Program-made: the position numbers and the translations under genes
Shown: one piece after another, positions 54,840 through 64,000 of the stretch
How the letters are laid out: every line of letters begins with the position of its first letter
Numbering within the stretch: the first letter of the stretch is position 1
Notes under the pieces: generated by a model
What the model saw: only the letters and a program-made list of their open reading frames with translations
Told to the model about the DNA's origin: nothing
Databases searched by the model: none
Source: Bacillota bacterium
GTDB taxonomy: Bacteria; Bacillota; Desulfotomaculia; Desulfotomaculales; Nap2-2B
Assembly (NCBI GenBank): GCA_040755975.1
Contig: JBFLZY010000005.1
Span: 3,526 to 67,525 of the forward strand
Direction: 5' to 3'
Length of the DNA: 64,000 nt

Positions 54840-54861
54840 TTGTCCTTCATGTGGGCAGGCG

Positions 54862-55776
54862 TTAGAGTCCGAAGACACTTTGTCCCGGAGAGCAACCCAG
54901 CAAAATATCGACAAAGGCGCTCTTGAACGAATTAAGGATTTTATCTTTGCGCATTACCACCGCTATGTAGCCAGGCTCGAAGATGTGGCCTAAGGAGACA
55001 AATACCAGCTTTCTTTGCTTGAGTCCCGGTAGGTCCCTTACTACGGTAGCGAAAGAAATGCCCAGGCCTGCTTCTACGTAGAGGGAGCTTAATTCAACGT
55101 TAGAAGACTCCATGATTATACGGTAATTGATCCCCAGTTCCCGGAAGAGTTCCTCCAGCTTGATACGGCTGGTGTATTCACTGGTTTTGGGGGGCAAAAT
55201 GAGGGGATATTGCGCGATCTGCCTGATCGTAACCCGTTTTGCCTCGGCCAGGGGGTGTCCTATGGGTGTCAGCAGGACAGCCTCCACCTTTTTCCAGCGG
55301 AGCTTCGCAAGTTCTTTTGGCACAACAGATTCAAGCGCCAGTCCAAAGTCAACCTCGCCGTTTTTTACGAGCTCAATCACGCTTTTCTGGGAACGGTCAA
55401 GCACGGTCAACTCGACCCAAGGGAATCGTTTAACGTATTCCTTCAGCACTTCCGGAAAAAGGTGGTAAAGTGTCGTAAAAGGGGCGGCGATGCTCAGCTT
55501 CCCTTTTTGGAGGCCTCTCAGTTCGGCCAGTTCCTCCAGCAAAGAATCATATTTATACATAATCTCCTCCGCAAAAGCAAGGAACTTTTCGCCTGCCGAC
55601 GTGAGCCTCAATTTTCTTTTCCCGATCCTCTCAAAGAGCAGGCAGCCCAACTCCTCTTCCAAGGCTTTAATCTGCTGGGTCAGGGCGGACTGGGTTCGAA
55701 AGATAACCCCAGCAGCCCTGGTGAAACTCCCCAGCCTAGCCACGTGATAAAAACTCATAATCTGCTTCCATTCCAT
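54862..55776 (-). CDS. LysR-family transcriptional regulator
   Basis: The HTH reads MEWKQIMSFYHVARLGSFTRAAGVIFRTQSALTQQIKALE. It is followed by a LysR substrate-binding domain. Confidence 0.85.
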   Translation of the reverse strand: MEWKQIMSFYHVARLGSFTRAAGVIFRTQSALTQQIKALEEELGCLLFERIGKRKLRLTSAGEKFLAFAEEIMYKYDSLLEELAELRGLQKGKLSIAAPFTTLYHLFPEVLKEYVKRFPWVELTVLDRSQKSVIELVKNGEVDFGLALESVVPKELAKLRWKKVEAVLLTPIGHPLAEAKRVTIRQIAQYPLILPPKTSEYTSRIKLEELFRELGINYRIIMESSNVELSSLYVEAGLGISFATVVRDLPGLKQRKLVFVSLGHIFEPGYIAVVMRKDKILNSFKSAFVDILLGCSPGQSVFGL

Positions 55777-55973
55777 TTTTGCTCCGCTCACCAACTAATC
55801 AGTGTTCAGGTTATTATTAACAATTTTAATCAGCCCCATCTTAAAACGAGGCCGCCTGCCCTGTCAAATTTTTTCTTCTTCAGGTTTAACAGGCAACCCG
55901 GATATTTCATTAAGAATGGGCGCAATCATTTAATTTTGCCGGTAAACTTGGCTAAATATATTAAGTGTACTAA

Positions 55974-55986
55974 TTGATAATATCAA
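55974..55986. promoter_or_regulatory. perfect T-N11-A palindrome TTGATA-A-TATCAA in the divergent LysR/thioesterase promoter region
   Basis: Read directly. It lies 96 nt upstream of the thioesterase ATG, and LTTR boxes are typically T-N11-A dyads. Confidence 0.35.
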
Positions 55987-56081
55987 AATAAATAATTTAT
56001 CTTATTATAAAACCCATGCTAAACTATAGCCAGCCTGACTTCACGTTTTAATAAAAATTAAAACGAAGGGGAAGTGAATCG

Positions 56082-56522
56082 ATGAAAGACACTTTACAAC
56101 CCGGCTTAACCTATGAGTTTAAATTTAAGGTCCCGGAAAACAAAACCGTACCCTACCTTTATCCTGAAGCACCGGAATTTCAGGTCATGCCTAAAGTTCT
56201 GGCTACGGGGTTTATGGTCGGTCTGTTCGAATGGACCTGTATCCAGGCCATCAACCCACACCTTGACTGGCCCGGTGAACAAACCGTGGGCACTGGCGTT
56301 AATCTGAGCCACTTGGCGGCCACTCCGCCGGGTCTGACCGTGACTGTAAAAGTTAAACTGGAGAAAGCGGAAGGCAGAAAGCTCACTTTTTCCATCGTCG
56401 CCGATGACGGCGTCGACAAGATTTCCGAGGGCACCCACGAGAGATTTATCATCGACGCGGTCAAATTCAATGCCAAGGCAGCGGCCAAAGCTGCCCGCGC
56501 ACCTCAGGGGCAGGCGCCATAG
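56082..56522 (+). CDS. hotdog-fold thioesterase (FlK/YbgC-like), 146 aa
   Basis: RBS GAAGGGGAAG. ...VLATGFMVGLFEWTCIQA...GTGVNLSHLAATPPG... resembles fluoroacetyl-CoA-thioesterase-type proteins (memory). Confidence 0.6.
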   Translation: MKDTLQPGLTYEFKFKVPENKTVPYLYPEAPEFQVMPKVLATGFMVGLFEWTCIQAINPHLDWPGEQTVGTGVNLSHLAATPPGLTVTVKVKLEKAEGRKLTFSIVADDGVDKISEGTHERFIIDAVKFNAKAAAKAARAPQGQAP

Positions 56523-56717
56523 TGTCGGGCGGTCCTCGCCGCGCGGGTGCCGTGGGGAACGGGGATTGTCTTTACTGCAATTTCTAAGACACGCCAGAAA
56601 ACAGCTAAAATCGATAAACCCGGTAGCTATGGGCAATGGTCTCTGCAAGTGTAACCCGATGTCTGTCTATAACATATCCCGGATCTCCTCTCCCGGCGCC
56701 GGAAAAAGGATTTTTCC

Positions 56718-57083
56718 TTGAGCTTGCCCAAAGAAAAGGTCAGTACTCGGGTATCCACATTACTGGCCAAAGGTTTCGAGACTTATTACGTTGGTCTATT
56801 CTTAATCATCCCCTTCCTTTTGCAAGCCGAAGTCTGGCGGTTTGCCGAATGTTTGTGGAACAATTTCTCCCGAAAAGGGCTCGGTTCTTTACAGGTTTTT
56901 CTGCTTTTATTCTTTGCCGCTTTGGGCAAGATCAAGAACATCAACCGGCTCAAAAACATCCAGGATATCTGTTTGGCAATGCTGGCTGTGTTGCCAAAAG
57001 CATTGCAAAAGCAAGAGCTGGGCCGGCAGCCCAGCTCAAAAAGCGGGTTAATCTATTTGTTAGCGGACGATACCATAGATTAA
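56718..57083 (+). pseudogene. probable N-terminal fragment of a transposase-like gene
   Basis: ...YYVGLFLIIPFLLQAEV...GSLQVFLLLFFAALGKIKNINRLKNIQDICLAMLAVLPK... resembles the GLFLLLPFL...LLSLLALKLLGK.R.S...D..LALFAGLN.LPK N-terminal region of a transposase family I recall only loosely. It has no catalytic domain and runs 24 nt into the hppA 3' end. Confidence 0.3.
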
Positions 57084-59081
57084 GGGCACCAGGAGCAGCG
57101 CCACGATATTGACCACCTTGATCATCGGGTTGATTGCCGGGCCGGCGGTATCCTTCAGCGGGTCGCCTACGGTATCGCCGGTGACCGCCGCCGCGTGGGC
57201 CGGGGTCCCCTTGCCGCCGTACATGCCCTCTTCAATGTACTTTTTCGCGTTGTCCCAGGCACCGCCGCCCGCGGTCTGAAAGATGGCCAGGAACAAACCG
57301 CTGATGATCGCGCCAAGCAGCATCCCGCCTAACCCGTCGCGACCCAGAATCAAACCGAAAATAATCGGGGCCAACACGGGAATCAAAGCGGGCAGGATCA
57401 TTTCTTTCAGCGCTCTTCTGGTAACGATATCCACGCAGCGGCCGTACTCCGGACGGGCTTTGCCTTCCATCAGGCCTTTAATTTCCCGGAACTGCCGGCG
57501 GACTTCGTTAACCACCTCGTAGGCGGCCCGCCCCACCGCGCCGATGGCCAGTGAGGAGAAGAGGAAAGGCAGCGCCGCGCCGACCAAAAGACCGGCCAGC
57601 ACCCACGGGTTGTTAATCGAGAAAGTAAGTTCTTGGGCGGGCACGAAGTCTTTTAAATGGTAAGTGTAGTCGGCAAACAACACAATGGCCGCCAGGCCGG
57701 CCGAACCGATGGCGTACCCCTTGGTAACCGCCTTGGTGGTGTTCCCGACCGCGTCCAGGGGGTCGGTAATGTTCCGGATCTCTTCCGGCAGTTCGGCCAT
57801 TTCGGCGATGCCGCCGGCATTGTCGGTAATCGGCCCGTAGGAGTCGATGGCGACAATTATCCCGGTCATGGAAAGCATGGCCATGGAGGCCACCGCAATG
57901 GCGTACAACCCGCCGCCGCCGTCACCGCCGCCGACCACGTAAGAAACCAGAATCCCGGCGATGATCACCAGGGCCGGCAAAACCCCCGCTTCCATGGCTA
58001 CCGACAGGCCGGTGATGATGTTCGTCGCGTGGCCGGACTGGGAAGCGTTGGCGATCGACTTAACCGGCCGGAAAGATTTCGAAGTGTAATAATCGGTTAT
58101 ATAAACGATTGCCAAGGTTACCGCCACGCCGATTAAAGCGGGAATAAAAAATACGTTGGAACCCATAATCGAAGGGGTGACAAAGAAAAAGCCGACCAGC
58201 GCCAGAATCGCCGAAGCCCACAAACCTTTATACAGGGCGCCCATGATATTTTGCCCGCCGCCCATGCGGACAAAAAAGCTACCGATAATGGAGGCGATAA
58301 TCGCCACCGCGCCCAGCAAAATGGGATAGACGACGACCAACGGGTTATTCGGAAAAACCAGGTGGCCCAGCAACATGGCCCCGATGGCCGTGACGGCGTA
58401 CGTTTCAAACAGGTCGGCCGCCATCCCGGCGCAGTCGCCCACATTGTCGCCCACGTTATCGGCAATCACCGCCGGGTTGCGCGGGTCGTCCTCGGGGATC
58501 CCCGCTTCTACCTTCCCCACCAAGTCGGCGCCCACGTCCGCGCTCTTCGTGTAGATACCGCCGCCCAGACGGGCGAACACGCTGATCAGGCTGCCGCCAA
58601 AACCCATCCCAACCAGAGAAACCGGGTCTTGAAAAATCAGGTACAAACCGGAAACGCCCAGCAGAGCCAGGCTGACGCAAATCATCCCCGTCACCGCGCC
58701 GCCTTTAAAAGCCACCTGCAGGGCGTAACCAATGCCGCTCTTAGCCGCTTCGGCCACCCGGGTGTTCCCGCGGGTGGTCACGTACATTCCGACGTAACCG
58801 CATAAAGCAGAAAAAACGGCGCCCACGATAAACCCTATGGCCGTCGTCGCGCCCAGGCCCACCCAAATTAAAATAGCCACGATTATACCGGCAATTGCGA
58901 TCGTCCTGTATTGACGGTTCAGGTAGGCCATGGCGCCTTCTTGAATAGCCGCCGAGATTTCCTGCATCCGCTGCGAACCGGCGGGACGGCTCAAAACCCA
59001 GGAAATCAGATAAACGGCAAATAAAAGCCCAATCACCGAAGCAATAATACCTATCCACGTAATTAAATTTACCTGATCCAA
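57060..59081 (-). CDS. hppA: membrane-bound ion-translocating pyrophosphatase
   Basis: 673 aa with about 16 TM helices. Motifs [29 protein letters not shown] and [11 protein letters not shown]. Confidence 0.95.
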   Translation of the reverse strand: MDQVNLITWIGIIASVIGLLFAVYLISWVLSRPAGSQRMQEISAAIQEGAMAYLNRQYRTIAIAGIIVAILIWVGLGATTAIGFIVGAVFSALCGYVGMYVTTRGNTRVAEAAKSGIGYALQVAFKGGAVTGMICVSLALLGVSGLYLIFQDPVSLVGMGFGGSLISVFARLGGGIYTKSADVGADLVGKVEAGIPEDDPRNPAVIADNVGDNVGDCAGMAADLFETYAVTAIGAMLLGHLVFPNNPLVVVYPILLGAVAIIASIIGSFFVRMGGGQNIMGALYKGLWASAILALVGFFFVTPSIMGSNVFFIPALIGVAVTLAIVYITDYYTSKSFRPVKSIANASQSGHATNIITGLSVAMEAGVLPALVIIAGILVSYVVGGGDGGGGLYAIAVASMAMLSMTGIIVAIDSYGPITDNAGGIAEMAELPEEIRNITDPLDAVGNTTKAVTKGYAIGSAGLAAIVLFADYTYHLKDFVPAQELTFSINNPWVLAGLLVGAALPFLFSSLAIGAVGRAAYEVVNEVRRQFREIKGLMEGKARPEYGRCVDIVTRRALKEMILPALIPVLAPIIFGLILGRDGLGGMLLGAIISGLFLAIFQTAGGGAWDNAKKYIEEGMYGGKGTPAHAAAVTGDTVGDPLKDTAGPAINPMIKVVNIVALLLVPLIYGIVR

Positions 59082-59224
59082 GGCAATTCACCTGGCGGCC
59101 TCATTCACCAGGCTTTCTCCACTCCTTTCCCCACTGGATTGGCCCCAAAAAAGCGGGGGCACCAACAAGCATTAGAGGCCTGTTAAAAACGCAAAACTAC
59201 CTCCTCATCCCTTTTCCGCCCTGC

Positions 59225-59452
59225 TTATTGCCAAAAGCCCAGCAACAACGCCGTTACCCCAAACAAGACAGCTACGACCGTAGTCATCTTGCCCAGCAAC
59301 TCGTCTAATCCTTTCTTTTTTCCAAAAATCGCTTCGGCGCCGCCGGCAATTGTTCCGGATAGACCGGCGCTCCGCCCCGACTGCAAAAGCACAACGGCAA
59401 TTAAAAACAAACTCAAAAGAACGTGCAGGACGGTTACCAGGCTTTTCACCAT
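59225..59452 (-). CDS. secG: preprotein translocase subunit SecG
   Basis: 75 aa with two TM helices. LLQSGRSAGLSG is the typical SecG motif. Confidence 0.8.
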   Translation of the reverse strand: MVKSLVTVLHVLLSLFLIAVVLLQSGRSAGLSGTIAGGAEAIFGKKKGLDELLGKMTTVVAVLFGVTALLLGFWQ

Positions 59453-59523
59453 TTAATCACCCCCCATCTCATCTGTGTCCCTTTGCCAATTATAACATGA
59501 TGCACAGAAAATGACAAATCATA

Positions 59524-59877
59524 TTATAATTGGGCAATATTCAGTTCCCCGGCATCCCCCCACAGGCGCTCCAAATTATAAAATTGCCTTTCTTCTTCAA
59601 CAAAAATATGAATGACCAGATCACCGTAATCCAAAAGCACCCACCGGCCTTCCCGCAAACCTTCTATGCGGGGGTGAAGGCCTGTTTCTTTGGCAATTTC
59701 TCCGATCACTTCCCTGGCGATCCCTTTTACGTGGATTGGCGACCTCCCCGTACAGATTAAAAAATAGTCGCTAATGATGGAAATTTTGCTGATCTCCAGA
59801 ATAGTAACATCGTAGGCTTTTTTGTCCTCGGCGACCCGCACGGCAATTTTTAATAATGCCTGTGGGTTTAATCCCAA
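59524..59877 (-). CDS. rsfS: ribosome silencing factor RsfS (iojap family)
   Basis: 117 aa. ...DYFLICTGRSPIHVKGIA...W.LLDYGDLVIHIF....R.FYNLE.LW. Confidence 0.85.
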   Translation of the reverse strand: MGLNPQALLKIAVRVAEDKKAYDVTILEISKISIISDYFLICTGRSPIHVKGIAREVIGEIAKETGLHPRIEGLREGRWVLLDYGDLVIHIFVEEERQFYNLERLWGDAGELNIAQL

Positions 59878-59961
59878 ACGAACTCCCCCTATAAATTTGA
59901 TTTTTTATACTATATTCTCCTTTTGGCGCATAGTTCCTCCTCTGCAGGGAAGTAAATTTCA

Positions 59962-60216
59962 TTATCTTCCCTCCCTTCCCCTGGCCTCGCTGACGGTGAT
60001 GATCCGGCCGCCGAACTCTTTGCCGTTTAGGGCGGTAATAATTGCCTCGGCGTCAGCATCGGCCACTTCCACAAAACCAAAGCCCCGCGATCTCCCCGTC
60101 TGGCGGTCCCTGATAATCCGGCTGTCGAGTACCTCACCGTATTGGGAAAAGGCTTCGGTGAGGTCTTCAGCACTGGTCGACCAGGGGAGGTTGCCCACGT
60201 ATAAAGTGCGGACCAT
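59962..60216 (-). CDS. RRM-type RNA-binding protein, 84 aa
   Basis: RNP2 LYVGNL and RNP1 RGFGFVEV. Confidence 0.85.
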   Translation of the reverse strand: MVRTLYVGNLPWSTSAEDLTEAFSQYGEVLDSRIIRDRQTGRSRGFGFVEVADADAEAIITALNGKEFGGRIITVSEARGREGR

Positions 60217-60304
60217 AGTTTTTTCACCTCTTTTCTAGAGCATATTATTTGCAATCGCGCCACCGGCAATGCAAATTTATTGTGCCCTTCCGCCTGTCCG
60301 CTGA

Positions 60305-60916
60305 TCAATCCTCCTTGTACAAACCCTGTTCCGTGATGTAATTTTCTACCACCTCCGGCAGCAAATATTTAATTGGCCGGCCCGTGAGCACGCGCTCCCG
60401 GATGTCCGTTGAGGATATCGCCAGCGCCGGCACCTCCATCACAATAATCCGCTTCAACTGCTCTTCTTGAATACCCGGCAGTTTCTTCCCCAGCCTGCCC
60501 AGCCTGTAGCCGGGGCGCTTGGCGGCAATAAAACAACACTGGTTAAGCAATTCATCAATGTGCTTCCAGCTCAAAATCTCCAATACGGCATCCGCCCCGG
60601 TAATAAAAAAAATTTCGGCCAGGGGATAGATTTTGCGCATATCCCTGACCGTATTGATTGTATAGGATAAACCGGGTCTCTCGATCTCAATGGCGGAAGC
60701 ACTAAAAAAGGGGTTGCTCTGAATGGCTAACTGCGTCATGGCCAGGCGGTGACGGGCGTCCGAAATCCTTCTGGAAACCTTGTGGGGGGGTTGCCCGGCC
60801 GGGATAAAAATCACCTGCTCGAGCCCAAACTGGTAACGGGCTTCTTCCGCGGCCACCAGGTGGCCATGATGAATGGGATCAAAAGTTCCGCCCATAATAC
60901 CGACTCTCTGCACCAA
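60305..60916 (-). CDS. nadD: nicotinate-nucleotide adenylyltransferase
   Basis: GIMGGTFDPIHHGH and ...ISSTDIR motifs. The TTG (or adjacent GTG) start lies 7 nt after AAGGAG. Confidence 0.85.
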   Translation of the reverse strand: MVQRVGIMGGTFDPIHHGHLVAAEEARYQFGLEQVIFIPAGQPPHKVSRRISDARHRLAMTQLAIQSNPFFSASAIEIERPGLSYTINTVRDMRKIYPLAEIFFITGADAVLEILSWKHIDELLNQCCFIAAKRPGYRLGRLGKKLPGIQEEQLKRIIVMEVPALAISSTDIRERVLTGRPIKYLLPEVVENYITEQGLYKED

Positions 60917-60924
60917 ATCAATAC

Positions 60925-60987
60925 TCCTTTGTCCCTTTGTGCCTTTCTACCTCTATCCCTCTGTCCCTTTGTGCCTTTCCCCTCACT
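60925..60987. repeat. solo arm of the 8-nt-unit family (CCCTTTGT GCCTTTCT ACCTCTAT CCCTCTGT CCCTTTGT GCCTTTCC)
   Basis: Read directly between proB and nadD. No inverted partner within 150 nt. Its distal end contributes the nadD RBS. Confidence 0.6.
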
Positions 60988-61077
60988 GCCCGGCCTCTTT
61001 GGCGCGGGCCGCCTTGTCCCTGACTTCCCGCTCAAAACTCAATTCGCCTTGCCTCCCTACCACAAAATGTCAGGTTG

Positions 61078-62160
61078 TTATCCACTCAACACCAGGTTAT
61101 TCCGGTGAACAACCTCTTCGTACCCTTTGTGACCAAGCAGCTTTTCGATATCTCTTGTCTTCGCGCCCTTAATTGTGTTGATTTCCTCAGCGGAAAAGTT
61201 GCTTATCCCGCGGGCGATTTCCCTGCCGGCGGAATCGTAAATGCTTACCGTGTTACCCATTTCAAAGTCACCCTCCACCCCGACGACGCCTGACGGCAAG
61301 AGGCTTTTTCCCCTGTGCACCAGGGCCGCGGCGGCCCCCTCGTCGACGTATATCTTCCCGTGCACGTTGGCGCTGTAGGCAATCCACCGCTTTTTATTCT
61401 CCAGCCGCACCACGGGCCAGAAGACCGTCCCCAGCGACTCCCCGCTTGCCACCCGGCGAACTACGTCTTTTTCGGCCGCCGCAGCCAGAACCATAATCAT
61501 TCCGGAATGCATGGCAATTTTCGCGGCCTGGATTTTGGTGACCATGCCGCCGGTACCCAGGCTGTTCCGCGTGCCGGCGGCAATTTGCTCCAATTCCGGC
61601 GTGATTTCTTTAACCTCGGGAATCAGCCTGGCCGAACCGCAACGCGGGTCGCCCTCGTAAAAACCGTCGATATCGGAAAGCATGATTAATAAATCGGCGT
61701 CAACGAGGCCGCCCACCAGCGCGGCCAGGTTGTCGTTATCCCCCAGCTTGATTTCTTCCACGGCCACCGTATCGTTTTCGTTGATGACCGGCAGCACACC
61801 CATACGCAGCAACGTATACAGAGTGTTGCGGGCGTTTAAAAAACGCTTCCGGTCGGCAAAATCCTCCCTGGTTAACAGCACCTGCCCGACCGGTATGTTA
61901 TATTCGGCAAAGCATCTTTCGTAAATATGGATCAGGATGCCCTGTCCAACCGCCGCCGCTGCCTGTTTTTCCGGAATTGTCTTGGGCCGCCGGGCATAGC
62001 CGAGCCTGTTTAAGCCTACCCCGATTGCGCCGGAAGTAACCAGGAGGACCTCTTTCCCCTGGTTATGCAGGTCAGCCAGCTGGCGAACCAGGTTTTCGAT
62101 CTGGGCGAGGTTCGGGCGTCCGGTAGGGTAAACCAGGGAACTTGAACCAATTTTAACCAC
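61078..62160 (-). CDS. proB: glutamate 5-kinase with C-terminal PUA domain
   Basis: VKIGSSSL, VTSGA and the PUA tail. The conserved N-terminal KRIVVKIGSS begins upstream of the GTG at 62160, so the true start may be the ATT at 62199 (see findings). Confidence 0.85.
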   Translation of the reverse strand: MVKIGSSSLVYPTGRPNLAQIENLVRQLADLHNQGKEVLLVTSGAIGVGLNRLGYARRPKTIPEKQAAAAVGQGILIHIYERCFAEYNIPVGQVLLTREDFADRKRFLNARNTLYTLLRMGVLPVINENDTVAVEEIKLGDNDNLAALVGGLVDADLLIMLSDIDGFYEGDPRCGSARLIPEVKEITPELEQIAAGTRNSLGTGGMVTKIQAAKIAMHSGMIMVLAAAAEKDVVRRVASGESLGTVFWPVVRLENKKRWIAYSANVHGKIYVDEGAAAALVHRGKSLLPSGVVGVEGDFEMGNTVSIYDSAGREIARGISNFSAEEINTIKGAKTRDIEKLLGHKGYEEVVHRNNLVLSG

Positions 62161-62252
62161 AATCCGTTTTAGTACCGGAAACTGCCTTTGGGCCGAAATA
62201 CGCGCTCACTCCCGGGGTTAAATCTAAAAACCAGTATAAACAATAAATGGAT

Positions 62253-64000
<1,748 letters not shown>

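Noticed and set aside
55210-55977. 255-aa plus-strand ORF opposite the LysR gene
   Set aside because: It is antisense to a clear LysR-type regulator.
58251-58805. 184-aa plus-strand ORF inside hppA
   Set aside because: It is antisense to the pyrophosphatase gene, with a low-complexity His/Arg/Gln-rich translation.

Overview
64-kb chromosomal window that looks like a spore-forming, moderately GC-rich Firmicute of the Peptococcaceae (Desulfotomaculum/Pelotomaculum) type. This is an inference from gene content: ylbJ, gerM-like, Spo0B-like/obg, DivIVA, an SLH surface protein and a PyrR-attenuated pyr operon. No rRNA, tRNA or CRISPR array was recognised by eye. Most genes are housekeeping: pyrR-pyrB-pyrC-carA-carB, pyrK-pyrD, uvrB, murJ, ftsEX with an M23 peptidase, Ctp protease and PDZ protein, hppA, secG, rsfS, nadD, proB and obg. 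Four things stand out. (1) An ~11-kb block (14.9-26.0 kb) sits between carB and pyrK, where the pyr operon is normally contiguous. It carries a translationally coupled cluster built around an exosortase-family (XrtG-like) transpeptidase. The cluster holds a secreted protein with a C-terminal motif + TM + basic-tail sorting signal, a processive GT2 synthase and a 1115-aa membrane protein (coiled coil + QueD/PTPS-like domain + GT-C-like polytopic domain). It also holds a DivIVA-domain protein whose frame overlaps the giant gene, and a polyprenyl-phosphate sugar transferase plus a small flippase-like protein. I consider this the best candidate for an uncharacterised envelope glycoconjugate sorting system. 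The family-level associations were proposed by comparative genomics only, as far as I recall. (2) A CoA-transferase subunit A gene is interrupted by one in-frame TGA followed 16 nt later by a hairpin. It is either a selenoprotein candidate or a pseudogene. (3) A dispersed family of imperfect palindromic intergenic elements has arms made of 7-10-nt tandem units and shares terminal modules. Several copies donate stop codons, C-terminal tails or ribosome-binding sites to neighbouring genes. (4) Smaller items include a three-gene split activase/DUF2229 set, a wHTH + radical SAM pair, two transposase remnants and possible ATT start codons. All family assignments come from motif recognition by eye and none from database searches.
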